A program made the position numbers and the translations under genes. Below are positions 28,865 to 39,867 of a stretch of DNA of 64,000 nucleotides, piece by piece; within the stretch, counting starts at the first letter, position 1; the number at the start of each line of letters is the position of its first letter. Origin of the DNA: Candidatus Latescibacterota bacterium (GTDB lineage Bacteria; Latescibacterota; UBA2968; UBA8231); assembly GCA_965215195.1 (NCBI GenBank), contig CBDCDC010000001.1, positions 512,001-576,000 on the forward strand, in the 5' to 3' direction. The notes beneath the pieces are model-generated. The model was given only the letters and a program-made list of their open reading frames with translations. It was not told the DNA's origin and did no database searches.

Positions 28865-30031
28865 TTGGCTAGATCGCACAGCGCTTGTACGCGCCTCGTC
28901 CTCTTGCTTCTCGCGTGGAGTTTGAGTTGGAGCTGTAACCGAGAAAACACCGAGGAGCTAGCCCCCGGGGTAGTGTACCGCGAGATCCACTTGCCCGAAG
29001 GGCCGTGGCGGATCCACTTGGTGGAAGTGGATTTACCCCGCTCTTGGGCGGCAGGCATCCGCGTACGCACGGCCAAGCAGGGGGAGGCGCAAAAAACCAG
29101 TAGCTTGGCCGCCGGCGCCTTAGCGGCCATAAACGGGGACTTTTTGTTTCCCGGCGAGGCCGGCCGGCCGGCCGGGTTGTACATTGAGTCCGGCGACCTC
29201 ATCCGCATCCCGCAGCGGCGCTCGGCCTTTGCCATTACCGAGGCGGGCCAGCCCTTGATCGCAGTGTACAAGATGGAATGGGGCCTGTTGACGGCCGAGG
29301 GCGACCACCTGCGCGTCGCCGGCTTTAACCGCGAGCCCGCACTCGGGGAGCTGTCCGTGTTCAACGATCGCGCGCAGGTGCAGGGGGATTCGCTGCAAGC
29401 AGCCACGGGCTTCCTGTTGCAGGGGTTGGGCAGCACCTCCATTGCCAACGACACGATCGCCGCTCGGGTGCAGCAAGTCCGGCGGCGGGCGTGGCCCCTC
29501 TCCCTCCAGCGCGACCAGTGGCTGTTGGCCGCCGGCGCCGAATACGAGGCGACCGAGCAGATCGCCTTGGGCGACACGGTGCAGCTATATTGTCGGCTGT
29601 CGCCGGCCCGCGCCAAGCTGATGGAGGCCATCAGCGGGGGGCCGCGCATCCTGCGCGATGGCGAAGTATCCATTGAAGTGGAAAAGGAGCGGCTCAGCCG
29701 CAGCTTTGCCGACAAGCGGCACCCGCGCACGGCCATTGGGTATTCCCGAGACGAACAGGTGCTCTTTCTAATTGCGGTCGATGGGCGGCAGCCAGGGTAC
29801 AGCGTTGGCATGAGCTTGCAGGAGCTAGCCGAATTTATGCGCACGCGCTTGGCCGAGTTTTCCCGCGCCGAGGTCAATGCCCATCAGGGGCTGAACCTCG
29901 ACGGCGGCGGCTCAACCACGATGGTCGTAAGCGAGCAGGTGGTCAACAAGCCGTCCGATCCCACGGGCGAGCGGCCGGTGGCCAACGCCCTGTTGGTCGT
30001 GGCGGACGCTTGGGACGAGGAGCTGCCCTAG
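28865..30031 (+). CDS. Phosphodiester glycosidase (NAGPA/DUF2233) family exported protein
   Basis: AAINGDF, SGGPRIL, HPRTAIG, VDGRQ, NLDGGGST, ERPVAN; signal or lipoprotein N-terminus. Confidence 0.9.
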   Translation: MARSHSACTRLVLLLLAWSLSWSCNRENTEELAPGVVYREIHLPEGPWRIHLVEVDLPRSWAAGIRVRTAKQGEAQKTSSLAAGALAAINGDFLFPGEAGRPAGLYIESGDLIRIPQRRSAFAITEAGQPLIAVYKMEWGLLTAEGDHLRVAGFNREPALGELSVFNDRAQVQGDSLQAATGFLLQGLGSTSIANDTIAARVQQVRRRAWPLSLQRDQWLLAAGAEYEATEQIALGDTVQLYCRLSPARAKLMEAISGGPRILRDGEVSIEVEKERLSRSFADKRHPRTAIGYSRDEQVLFLIAVDGRQPGYSVGMSLQELAEFMRTRLAEFSRAEVNAHQGLNLDGGGSTTMVVSEQVVNKPSDPTGERPVANALLVVADAWDEELP

Positions 30032-31095
30032 TGCCCACTTTGTGCGCCGAAGACCTCGATGCACTGGCGCGAGCTTGCTTGCGACGCGTCGGCGTCCCCT
30101 TGTCCGCCGCCGCGTTGGTGGCCGAGCACTTGGTCGAAGCCGGGCTAATGGGGCACGACACCCACAGCGTGTTGCGGCTGCCCCAATACGTGAACATGGT
30201 GCGCGACGGCCAAGTTGAGCCTAAAGCTGAGTTGGTGGTGTTGGACGAAAGCGAGTGCGGGGGCCGGCTGAGCGGCCAGTGGAACTACGGCCCGGTGACG
30301 GCGACCCAAGCCGTGCGCTGGGTGCTGGACAAGGTAGGCAACGGGGCGGTGGCGGTCGCCGGAGTGCGCGACTGCAACCACGTGGCGCGGCTGGGGCGCT
30401 TTGCCGAGATCGCCACCCGCGCCGACTGCATCGCCCTCATCGCGGCCAATGGCCACGGCGGCGATGGGGCGGTGGCCCCGTTTGGCGGCCGCAGCCGCCG
30501 CCTGCCCACGAATCCGCTCTGCTGCGGCATTCCCACCAGCGGCGCGTGGCCAGTTATCCTAGACATGACGACGAGCATGATTTCCGGCGGCGATATGCGG
30601 CTCTTGCGCAACCGAGGCGAGGACGCTCCGCCCGGGATGCTGATCGACGCGGAGGGCCGCCCGACGACGAGTGTGGATGCGTACTACGGCCCGCCGGCCG
30701 GTGCCATGTTGCCGCTCGGTTTCCCCCAGAGCGGGCACAAGGGCTACGGGCTTTCCGTGCTAGTCGATATTTTGGCCGGGTCGCTTTCCGGGGCTGGGAT
30801 GACGCAAGAAGCACCCGAGCGCGCCGGCAACGCCCTGTTCATCGCCGTGCTCAAGGTCGCGGCCTTCCTGCCGTTGGACGAGTTCTACGCCGAGGTCGCG
30901 GGCTTTGTCGAGTGGGTCAAGTCGTGTCCGCCGGCTCCCGGAGTGGCCGAGGTGTTGCTGCCCGGAGAGCGGGCGCACCAGCGGTTGCAGGCGCGGCGGC
31001 GCAATGGCCTGTACGTGGATGAGACAGCTTGGGCCGAGATAGGGGCTTTGGCGGCTGAGTTGGGGGTGGAACTGCCCACGCCCGTGGCCGCTTAG
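30031..31095 (+). CDS. Ldh_2 family (malate/L-lactate/L-sulfolactate-type) oxidoreductase
   Basis: GHDTHS, NHVARLG, TNPL, LDMTTS, HKGYGL, LLPGE; GTG start overlapping the upstream stop. Confidence 0.88.
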   Translation: MPTLCAEDLDALARACLRRVGVPLSAAALVAEHLVEAGLMGHDTHSVLRLPQYVNMVRDGQVEPKAELVVLDESECGGRLSGQWNYGPVTATQAVRWVLDKVGNGAVAVAGVRDCNHVARLGRFAEIATRADCIALIAANGHGGDGAVAPFGGRSRRLPTNPLCCGIPTSGAWPVILDMTTSMISGGDMRLLRNRGEDAPPGMLIDAEGRPTTSVDAYYGPPAGAMLPLGFPQSGHKGYGLSVLVDILAGSLSGAGMTQEAPERAGNALFIAVLKVAAFLPLDEFYAEVAGFVEWVKSCPPAPGVAEVLLPGERAHQRLQARRRNGLYVDETAWAEIGALAAELGVELPTPVAA

Positions 31096-31210
31096 GCGCG
31101 ATCCTTTGCGCCGGTAACGCATCAACGATCAGCCCAAGGGATTTAGCTGCTGGATCAGGAGCAGTAGATCAATTTTTTTATAAAAACCGCAAACCAAAAA
31201 GGAGTTTGCC

Positions 31211-32206
31211 ATGCTTCACATCGGGATCGTCGGCATGGGTGGAATTGGCAACAACCACGCCCGTTGCTACACTGCAAACGAGAACACAGAGGTCGTGGCC
31301 GTGTGCGATATGGTCGCCCAACAGGCCGACGCAGCGGCCGAGCGCTACGGGGCGCGGGCCTTTTACTCGGTCGAGGCGATGATCGCCAGCGGCCTGCGGC
31401 TCGACGCCTGCTCGGTGACCACGGCCGGGGTGGAGAACGGAGGCGATCACTACGAGCCGACCATGGCCCTTTTGCGCGCCGGCATTCCCGTGCTGGGCGA
31501 GAAGCCGATTTCCAATGAAATTCCCAAGGCGCGGGAAATGGTGGCCTTGGCCGCAGAAAAGCAGTTGCCCTATGGGATCAACCTGAACCACCGCTTCACG
31601 CCCGCGGCCGTCAGGGCCAAGGAATGGCTGACCAACGGGCGGCTCGGCGAGCTACAAATAGTCAACATGACGATGTGGATCAACAATCCCAATGAGTCGA
31701 GCCCGTGGTTCCACATCCGCGCCCTGCATCCGCACTCGCTGGACGTGATGAGCTATTTCGCCGGTGGGGTGGATCGGGTACACGCCTTTTTCAAAAAGGG
31801 TAAAGGCCGGCAGATCTGGTCCAATGTGCAGGCAAACCTGCTGTACGAGAATGGCGTCATCGGGCATTTGACCGGATCGTACGACGCCGGAGGGAGCTAC
31901 GGCTTGGAGACCTTGGAGCTGGTCGGCTCGGAGGGACGGGTTATCATCAATGAAGCCTGCGAAAAGCTCGCGTTTTACCCGCGTTTTTCGCGCGAGGTGG
32001 AAAGCTACGATCACCTCGGGGGCATGGGCGGCTTTGCAGATACCTTTCCGGCGCGCATCAACGCTTGGATCGACGACTTGCGCCGCCAAGTCCCGCCTTC
32101 GCAGGTGGATGCCAAAGGCGCGGACGCTTTGCGGGTCCAGCTCGTAATTGAGGCACTCATCGAAAGCTGGGAAACCGGGCAGGTGGTGAAGGTGCCCAAG
32201 GGATAG
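31211..32206 (+). CDS. Gfo/Idh/MocA family oxidoreductase
   Basis: VGMGGIG, GEKPIS, LNHRF; AAGGAG SD. Confidence 0.9.
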   Translation: MLHIGIVGMGGIGNNHARCYTANENTEVVAVCDMVAQQADAAAERYGARAFYSVEAMIASGLRLDACSVTTAGVENGGDHYEPTMALLRAGIPVLGEKPISNEIPKAREMVALAAEKQLPYGINLNHRFTPAAVRAKEWLTNGRLGELQIVNMTMWINNPNESSPWFHIRALHPHSLDVMSYFAGGVDRVHAFFKKGKGRQIWSNVQANLLYENGVIGHLTGSYDAGGSYGLETLELVGSEGRVIINEACEKLAFYPRFSREVESYDHLGGMGGFADTFPARINAWIDDLRRQVPPSQVDAKGADALRVQLVIEALIESWETGQVVKVPKG

Positions 32207-32249
32207 GCGATTTACATTCACGCAGTAACGCCAAAAGGAGGACGTAAAC

Positions 32250-33983
32250 ATGCTTAAAATTCAGCGCAAATTTCTCGATTATCTCGACGAGATAAAAGCG
32301 GAATTGGGCAAGACCGATTCGGCCGAGGAGCTGCAAAAAAACATCAAGGCCATAGAGTCGTTGAGACAAGAACTGGCCGAGGCCGAATTGATCGTGCCGG
32401 TAGTCGGGGCTTTCAGCGCGGGCAAAACCACGTTGATCAACTCCTTTTTGGGCACCGGACCTCTGCCCGTAGGCATTACCCCGGAAACGGCGTTGGCTAC
32501 TGAACTGCGTCATGCCGCTAGCGATTATGGCGAGGCGGTCGCCGAGAATGGCGCGGTGGATCGCTTCGCCATTGGGGAGATCGAGGAGATCAAGGAAAAG
32601 GCGTCGCAATATCAATACGCCAAGGTCTTTCTCAACAGCGAGCCGCTCAGGGAGATTCTCCCTCTCGTGCTGGTGGATATGCCGGGGTTTGACTCGCCGC
32701 TGGATTTGCATCAGAAGGCCATTTTGACCTATCTCGCCAAGGGGAGTCACTATGCGGTTTTGATCAGCGTGGAGGAGGGCACTGTCACCCGCTCGATCCA
32801 GCGGCAGTTGGCTGAATTTCACGAATTTGGCAAGGGGTTTTCCATCTTTTTGAGCAAGGTGGATCTGCGCTCGCCTGCCGATGTAGATGACATTGCCAGC
32901 GATATTGCGGAGCGGCTCGAGGACGATTTTGATTTTGGCGATTCCATTGAGCGGGTGGACATGCATGGCGGGCACGGCTTGGCCAAGATGCTTCGTGCCA
33001 TCAATTGCGAAGAGCTGTTCGGCAAGCTGTGGCGTCCCGGCTTGGAGGCGCATTTCTTTGAACTCGATGGCAGCCTGAACACTCGGATTAGCTCCCTGCA
33101 AAAGGACGGGCGGAAAAACCAAGAGGCCATAGACGAACTCGGCGCGGGTTTACAGGAACTACAGCGCAAAAAGGAAGAGATGATTCAAGATATTCACGCG
33201 CGGTATTCCACTAACCGCATCGACACCATCGTAGAGGGGGTCGGCGAGGATATGAGTGCTGCCGTAGAGGAGCTAACGCAGCTTTCTCTGTCTGGTGGAG
33301 AAGACGCCTTGCAGCGCGAATTGTCCGAGCTCGTCCGCACTTCGCTCGTGAGCCGTACGGAATCCGAAATGGAGCGGTTGAACCAACAGATCGCCGGGGA
33401 TTTAGCTAGCAGCCTCACAGGCATCAGCGCTACCCTGTCCTCTTACGCCAACGCGAGCACGGAGCAGCATTTAGAGAAAATCTCAAAGTTGGCTAGAGTG
33501 GGAGAAGTTTTTAGGAACGTAGGCATGGGCGCAAAGGCTGCGAAGGCTGCAAAAGGCGGGCTGACTTTATACCGAGGTGTTACCGCTGCGCTAGCCATTA
33601 CCACCAGTATTGTGATGCCGCTCTTGGAGTTGGTCATCGTATTCCTGCCCGACATCATCAACTTCTTTAGGAAGCGGCAACAAGCAGAGCAGGTTCGCGA
33701 TCAGTTGATTGGCACGGTTATCCCGTCCGTCAAACGCAAAATTCGCAGCGAACTGCCCAAGCACTTCAAAGAGCAGGTGAACGCTCTGATTGAGGAAAAG
33801 GCCGCGGCTCTCGATGAGCACATCAAGGCTAGGCAAGACGAAATCGCCAAAGCCGAAAAGGCCAAGAAGGACGCAGGTCGGAATATCGAGCAGGAGATAG
33901 GCGAACTTACTTCCATTCGGGACAACATTCGCTCGTCGGCAAACCAAGTACTCTTCGCACAAGGAGAAACGAAAAATGGATAA
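32250..33983 (+). CDS. Dynamin-like GTPase 1 (LeoA-like)
   Basis: G1 VGAFSAGKTT, G2 PETA, G3 DMPG, G4 SKVD; hydrophobic paddle ALAITTSIVMPLLELVIVFLP; coiled coils. Confidence 0.85.
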   Translation: MLKIQRKFLDYLDEIKAELGKTDSAEELQKNIKAIESLRQELAEAELIVPVVGAFSAGKTTLINSFLGTGPLPVGITPETALATELRHAASDYGEAVAENGAVDRFAIGEIEEIKEKASQYQYAKVFLNSEPLREILPLVLVDMPGFDSPLDLHQKAILTYLAKGSHYAVLISVEEGTVTRSIQRQLAEFHEFGKGFSIFLSKVDLRSPADVDDIASDIAERLEDDFDFGDSIERVDMHGGHGLAKMLRAINCEELFGKLWRPGLEAHFFELDGSLNTRISSLQKDGRKNQEAIDELGAGLQELQRKKEEMIQDIHARYSTNRIDTIVEGVGEDMSAAVEELTQLSLSGGEDALQRELSELVRTSLVSRTESEMERLNQQIAGDLASSLTGISATLSSYANASTEQHLEKISKLARVGEVFRNVGMGAKAAKAAKGGLTLYRGVTAALAITTSIVMPLLELVIVFLPDIINFFRKRQQAEQVRDQLIGTVIPSVKRKIRSELPKHFKEQVNALIEEKAAALDEHIKARQDEIAKAEKAKKDAGRNIEQEIGELTSIRDNIRSSANQVLFAQGETKNG

Positions 33984-36171
33984 TCGTGCAATAGCTTCCT
34001 ACCAAGAAAAGCTGGAGCAGGTTGTTGACAAGCATCGCGACTTTCTCGGGGAGGAGGCAGAACGCCTCTGCGTTGAGCACAGCGTTCCCGCGGCCAAGAG
34101 GCTACAAGAAGAATTGGCGGCCATTGCCGACGAGGAACGGCTGCTGAAGATCGGCATCGTGGGGCGGGTCAAGTCCGGGAAATCCTCGCTGCTGAACGCC
34201 CTCATCTTCAAAGGACAGAACGTGTTGCCCAAGGCCGCAACCCCAATGACGGCGGCTTTGACGACCCTTTCCTACGGGGATGTGGTGCAGGCGGAAGTGG
34301 AATTTTTTACGCGCGAGGATATTGGGGATATCGAGGCCAAGGCCGCAGAGTACGAAAGGCAGTTGCAGAAGCACACCGACGCGCTTTTAAAAAAAGAAAA
34401 GAGCAAGCTCAGCCTAAGCGTGTCTCCAGAAAAAAGGGAACGTGTGCAGCGGCGGGCAGCAAGGAAGATGCGCGATGAGCATCCCGTCCTCGCATCCTCC
34501 TATGAGCAACGCGCAAAAATGAAAGACAGCGGAATATCCGCTAGCAGTTTGGGGGAAAGTAAGCTCCTGAATTTGACGGACGATCTTTCAGCGTTGCAAG
34601 GCCAACTAGAGGAATACGTTGGCGCGGACGGCCCATACATGCCTTTTACCAAAAGCGTCAACATCCGGCTGCCGCAAGAGAATCTGAAGGACATAGAGAT
34701 CGTAGATACGCCGGGCATCAATGATCCGGTTCAGTCCAGAGAGGTACGCACCCGAGAGCACTTGGATCGGTGCGATGTGGTGCTCGTGGTTAGCCCGGCG
34801 GGTCAATTCATGAATAAGGTGGATGAGGACTTGATGGATCGCATTACCAGCAAGGAGGGGATTCGGGAACTATTTGTCGTGGCGGCCCAGGCAGATATGC
34901 AACTGTATGGCAGCGCGAAAGAGGAAAACGACGGGCAGTTGGATCGCGTGCTAGGCAGTATCACCGAGGATCTTGGGGGGTACTTGAAAGAGGTCATCGT
35001 CGATCTAAAAAAGAACAATCCCGAGGTGGCAGATACCTATGATCAGTTGCTCGATGGCCAAAACAGAATCATCCATTCTTCGGGCATTTGCGAAAGCCTG
35101 AAGCAACTCTTTGGGGAAAGGGATGGATGGGACGAGGGGATGGAGCATGCGTGGAACCGTTTGCAGGGGAATTATCCCGATTATTTTTCCACTGCGGACG
35201 CGAGCCTATCGAGTATCAATTTGGATAAGCTGTCCAACATATCGGCTATTCGGGACATTGTCGAGAAGGTTCGTGAGAGAAAGGATGACATTCGCGAAAA
35301 GAAAATCGCCGCCTATGTCGATGACAAACGCCGGGCTTTACAGGACCTGAGAACGGGGTTGCTCAAGTTTGCCGAGGATAGGCAGGGCGAAATTGAGAGT
35401 ACGGATATTACAAGGTTTAAGGAAAAGCATAGAAAGATGGATTCGTCTCTCAAAGAGGCTGCTTTGGATATTGAGGATGCGAAGGATGAATCGGTTGATC
35501 GCATCGAAAAATCTATGAAAGATGAATTGGTACGAAGAGTGACGGAAGAGGAGTTAAAAGGAAAGGTACGGGACGAACAGGGAGAGCGAACTGAAGACTA
35601 TACGGAAGGAGTTATTTTTAAGAAAAAACGCACTAGGCGGCATAAAACCATCCGCACACGTGCGGTCGTCAATCACTTATCTGATTTTTCTGAAAATTTA
35701 GTGAAGGAAGTTGCGGAGAAAGCAGAGGAAAAAAAGAAAGATTGGCGGAAGGAACTCAACCGTAGGATGACCAAAATTTTGCGGGATCATTTTGACAACG
35801 ATCTTTTAGAGTCCTCAATGATCCGCCGAGTAATCAGGAGCACCGTTGGGGCCATATCTATGCCAGATTTTAAGTACGACAAACCGCTGCCGCCCGAGCT
35901 GAAAGCCCAAGGCGTATTAGAAGACAAGAAGGCAGAGGCATTTTTTAATGCCGCGTGTGACCATGCCAGTACGCTCTGTAGAGAGCTTAGAAGAGAGACA
36001 ATAGCATACATAAAACGTTTTACTTCAGAGATGAAAAAAATTCCATTGGAAAGGCTACTGCTAGAACAGTTCCAAAAAGAGCTTGACTCGCTTGAGGAGT
36101 CCATTAGAAACAAGGAGATGGAGTTAAATAGAATCAGCTTAATCAAGGGTGAGTTGGAAAGGATCGAGTGA
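33976..36171 (+). CDS. Dynamin-like GTPase 2
   Basis: VGRVKSGKSSLLN, PMTA, DTPGIND, AQAD; long helical C-terminus; overlaps gene 1. Confidence 0.85.
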   Translation: MDNRAIASYQEKLEQVVDKHRDFLGEEAERLCVEHSVPAAKRLQEELAAIADEERLLKIGIVGRVKSGKSSLLNALIFKGQNVLPKAATPMTAALTTLSYGDVVQAEVEFFTREDIGDIEAKAAEYERQLQKHTDALLKKEKSKLSLSVSPEKRERVQRRAARKMRDEHPVLASSYEQRAKMKDSGISASSLGESKLLNLTDDLSALQGQLEEYVGADGPYMPFTKSVNIRLPQENLKDIEIVDTPGINDPVQSREVRTREHLDRCDVVLVVSPAGQFMNKVDEDLMDRITSKEGIRELFVVAAQADMQLYGSAKEENDGQLDRVLGSITEDLGGYLKEVIVDLKKNNPEVADTYDQLLDGQNRIIHSSGICESLKQLFGERDGWDEGMEHAWNRLQGNYPDYFSTADASLSSINLDKLSNISAIRDIVEKVRERKDDIREKKIAAYVDDKRRALQDLRTGLLKFAEDRQGEIESTDITRFKEKHRKMDSSLKEAALDIEDAKDESVDRIEKSMKDELVRRVTEEELKGKVRDEQGERTEDYTEGVIFKKKRTRRHKTIRTRAVVNHLSDFSENLVKEVAEKAEEKKKDWRKELNRRMTKILRDHFDNDLLESSMIRRVIRSTVGAISMPDFKYDKPLPPELKAQGVLEDKKAEAFFNAACDHASTLCRELRRETIAYIKRFTSEMKKIPLERLLLEQFQKELDSLEESIRNKEMELNRISLIKGELERIE

Positions 36172-36272
36172 GCCAATGAATCGCCTATTTGACTGGATTC
36201 CGCTTCCGTGGGAAGGACAAAAGAATACCGAAGAGGAAGGGTAGATCTATGTCCGGCAAGCTGTCTAGGACG

Positions 36273-36405
36273 CAAAAGTGGGATCGGATACAGGCCGACT
36301 TAGCGGCTGTTCAGCAAAAGTGGGATCGGATACAGGCCGACTTAGCGGCTGTTCAGCAAAAGTGGGATCAGACACAGGCCGACTTAGCGGCTGTTCAGCA
36401 AAAGT
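36273..36405 (+). repeat. 42-bp tandem repeat x3 (QKWDRIQADLAAVQ coiled coil)
   Basis: CAAAAGTGGGATCGGATACAGGCCGACTTAGCGGCTGTTCAG repeated. Confidence 0.9.
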
Positions 36406-37706
36406 ACGATTTGGTCTCCACTCTGCTAGCGGCCAAATCCAGTGAAAACGAAGCGTTTGAGCAGTTCAAGAAGGTCTTCAACGAGGACTTCATGGCCTTT
36501 GCCAATAAGGAGTCTTCGCTGGCCGACGAAGCAGCGGCCGTGCAGCGGTTGCAGGCACTCGAAAAGCGCTTGGAACAGATCGTGGCTTCCCCCCACATGT
36601 TTGCGAAGCGGTCTGTTGCCATCGGCGGCGGGTTCAGCAGCGGCAAGTCGGCGTTTGTCAATAGCTTTATTGCCCAGCCCGGCATCCGACTGCCCGTGGG
36701 CATTCAGCCGGTGACGGCCATTCCTTCGTATGTAATGGCCAGTAAAGACGTTTCAATCAAGGGCTATACTCGCACAGGGGCTACAGTGGATATTGCGCAA
36801 GACCTCTACGAGCAACTGTCGCACGGCGCGTTTTCCTTTAACCTCAAGGATCTGATGCCTTCCATCGCCGTGGAAGTGCCGTTGCAGGCGGGCTTTGAGC
36901 ACATCTGTTTGCTCGACACGCCGGGCTATGATCCGGCCGGGGGGCAGACTAGCGAGGACGAGGCCACGGCGGCCGAATTTCTCAAGGATCAAGACGCCTT
37001 AATTTGGATGGTTGATGTGGCAAAAGGCACGGTGGAGCAGGAGGATTTGAATTTCATTGAGGGGCTAGGGCTGAATGGTCGTCCGTTTTACGTGGTCGTG
37101 AACAAGGCCGACAACAGGCCCCCCAATGAATTGGCGGGGGTTCTGGCCGAGGTGAAAGAGACGCTGGAGGACGCTGAGTTGAAACCGCTAGGAATCGGCG
37201 CGTACTGCAGTCTTCGGAACGAGCGCGGTCGGGAATATCCGTCGGAGGGTCTGTCTCTGCCCGATTTTTTCCGTTGCCAAAATCAGCCGGTTGAGAATTT
37301 GGAACCTGAATTGAAAGCGGAGTTAGAAAGCGTCTTTTCCATGTATGAAAAGGCCATAGACAAAGACGAGCAGAGTGCCAAGTTGCTGACGAAAAAACTC
37401 AACAAGCTCGATCTTGATCTAAATGAGAAGGTAGATGAGGATGTAGCGGAGGAGTTTGGCAAAACAATTGACAAAATCAAGCGAGATCAAAACCGCGATT
37501 TTGCTCCGATCAAGCAGGAGTTGGCTCGGGTGAAGAAGGCCATGTTCGCGGCGGTGGAGCAGGTTCTTCGGTCCTTGGTAGATGAGGAGAGTGCCGCCGA
37601 GCTAAGTAAAATCCGGCGGCAACAAGCGCGACCGAGTGAGCGTTCTCAACCTACCCGCCCACGACAACCTGTAGAGGAGCCGGCGCGACGAAGGGCCACA
37701 GGCCGT

Positions 37707-38305
37707 GCCAAAGACGCCAAAGGTCGCTACGCGCTGCACGAAGCGGCGGCGCACAATAATCACGAGAAAGCTAGCGCATTGCTGCGTGGGGGAGCCGATC
37801 CGAATGCCAAAGACAAGCAAGGCCTCACGCCGCTGCACCATGCAGCCAAGCAGAATGCTCGCGAAACAGTCGAGGTGTTGCTCGATGCGAGAGCCTCTCG
37901 CAATCCTAAAGACAAGCAAGGCCTCACGCCGTTGCACCATGCAGCCAAGCAGGGTGCTCGCGAAACAGTCGAGGTGTTGCTCGATGCGGGAGTCTCTCGC
38001 AATCCTAAAGACAAGCAGGGCCTCACGCCGTTGCACCATGCGGCCGAGCAGGATGCTCACAAAACAGTCAAGGTGTTGCTCGACCGCAGGCGAACTTCAA
38101 CAGCAAAGGTCCACTCTATGGACAAGGAGGGCCGGACGCCGTTGCACTATGCGGCTGCACACGATGCTCACCAAGCGGCCAAGGTGTTGCTGACTAAGGG
38201 AGCCGCTCCGAATGTCAAGGATAAAGATGGTTATACGCCGCTGGACTATGCGGCCGAGCAGGATGCACACCAAACGGTCAAGGTGTTGCTGGATGCGGGA
38301 GCCGA
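37707..38305 (+). repeat. Ankyrin repeats (6 units, 99-bp near-tandem)
   Basis: KDKQGLTPLHHAA-type repeats, three nearly identical at DNA level. Confidence 0.9.
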
Positions 38306-38982
38306 ACATCGAGATCAGGCGGCGTTGGAGAAGCAGCATCGGGCGCAAGCGGCGTTACGTCGAGATCAGGCGGCGTTGGAGAAGCAGCGTCGGGCGCAAG
38401 CGGCGTTGGCCGAAGAGCGCAAGAGGGGCAAGGAGGTTTCGCTTCCGGGGGGGGTGTCGATGACGTTTGTTTGGATTGAGCCGGGGGTGTTTCAGATGGG
38501 GTCGCCGGCTTCGGAGACGAGTCTTTATGGTGATGAAAGGCCGGTGCATGAGGTGTCGATTAGCGAGGGGTTTTGGTTGGGTCAATACGCGGTTACGCAG
38601 GGTCAGTGGGAATCAGTGCTGAGGGATCGGCCTTGGTCTGGTAAGCGGTATGTTGTAGAGAATTCGTCTCATCCGGCGGTGTATATCTCATGGGATGCTG
38701 TGCAAGGGTTTATTGCTAAGCTGAACGCGTTGGCCGGTGCTTCGTTGTATCGGTTGCCTTCGGAGGCGGAGTGGGAGTATGCGTGTCGAGCGGGTACATC
38801 GACTCGTTGGTCGTTTGGGGATGACGAGCGCCACCTGACGGATTATGCGTGGTATAGGGATAATGCTGAGTATGATGCTCGTGCGGTGGGTCTAAAGCGT
38901 CCGAATCCTTGGGGGTTGTATGACATGCATGGGAATGTGCGGGAGTGGGTTCAGGACTGGTATAAGCATAACTATTATAATA

Positions 38983-39867
38983 ACCAATGGTGCTAGTGGG
39001 CTACAAGCTAAATTCCGCGATGGACAAGCGGACGAATCCATTTTCATCGGGTTGCAACCCGTGCCACTGAACCAGCAGGTTGAAGGTGGCCATGGCAAAG
39101 CTCAGATGCGCTCTAAAGTAGGCCCAGGCTCGATGGGTCTGTCGCTTGAAGTGCCCGATGCGGGTCAGCATGGAAAAGACGGTCTCGATGACCATACGCT
39201 CGCCCCACGTTTTGCGGGGACACACTTTCAGATTGGCCGGATCACCGGCTTTGGCATGAAAGCCTTGGTCGCTGAGGAGGATCATCTGCTCTTCGTAGCG
39301 GCCAATCATCGGGTGAAAGACCGTATCGTGGACATTGGCGGTATTACAATCCCAATCGACGATCAAGCCCCATTGGTTGACGATCAAGCCCAGCTTGCCG
39401 CCGACGATCCAGCGGTGATTGGACCGCCCTTTCCGGCCGATAGGGTGAGCGGAGCGGCCTTCGCGTACTGGATGGATCAACTCGATGCCATAGCTATCGA
39501 TCACGCCTAAAGGGGTGGGGTCCGCTCGAAAGCGATCGGTCCAGTCCGCATGGGCGGCAAACAGGCGGAACAAGCGGGTGCGCTCGGGCAGGCGCGGAAA
39601 AAAGGCGCGCCAATCGCGCGCTACCCAGCGATAAAACGCCCGTTTGCCGCCCCCTTTGAGCGCATACAGAACCGCCAAGGTCACCGTTTCGCTGGGATAT
39701 AAGGCGGCTTGGGGGTGTTTGGGCACATCGCCCATCTGGTGGTCGATTCGACAGAACAGGGCTATTATAAACTCGGCCGTGGTCATGGGACGCTCCTTCG
39801 CTGAAAGGGGGGATACCCTCAGCGTAGGAACTACCTTGACCACGGTCAACTCACTAGCACCATTGGT
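38983..39867 (-). mobile_element. IS982-like insertion sequence, copy 2 (885 bp, inverted)
   Basis: Same TIRs and identical transposase translation as copy 1; TSD TAATA at 38978-82 and 39868-72. Confidence 0.92.
39001..39786 (-). CDS. DDE transposase (IS982-like)
   Basis: Protein identical to 18299..19084 in the ORF track. Confidence 0.88.
   Translation of the reverse strand: MTTAEFIIALFCRIDHQMGDVPKHPQAALYPSETVTLAVLYALKGGGKRAFYRWVARDWRAFFPRLPERTRLFRLFAAHADWTDRFRADPTPLGVIDSYGIELIHPVREGRSAHPIGRKGRSNHRWIVGGKLGLIVNQWGLIVDWDCNTANVHDTVFHPMIGRYEEQMILLSDQGFHAKAGDPANLKVCPRKTWGERMVIETVFSMLTRIGHFKRQTHRAWAYFRAHLSFAMATFNLLVQWHGLQPDENGFVRLSIAEFSL

Noticed and set aside
18218-39867. Composite transposon bounded by the two IS copies
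   Set aside because: Each copy has its own TSD and each empty site reconstitutes a coherent gene. The interval includes housekeeping cysS, so these are independent insertions.
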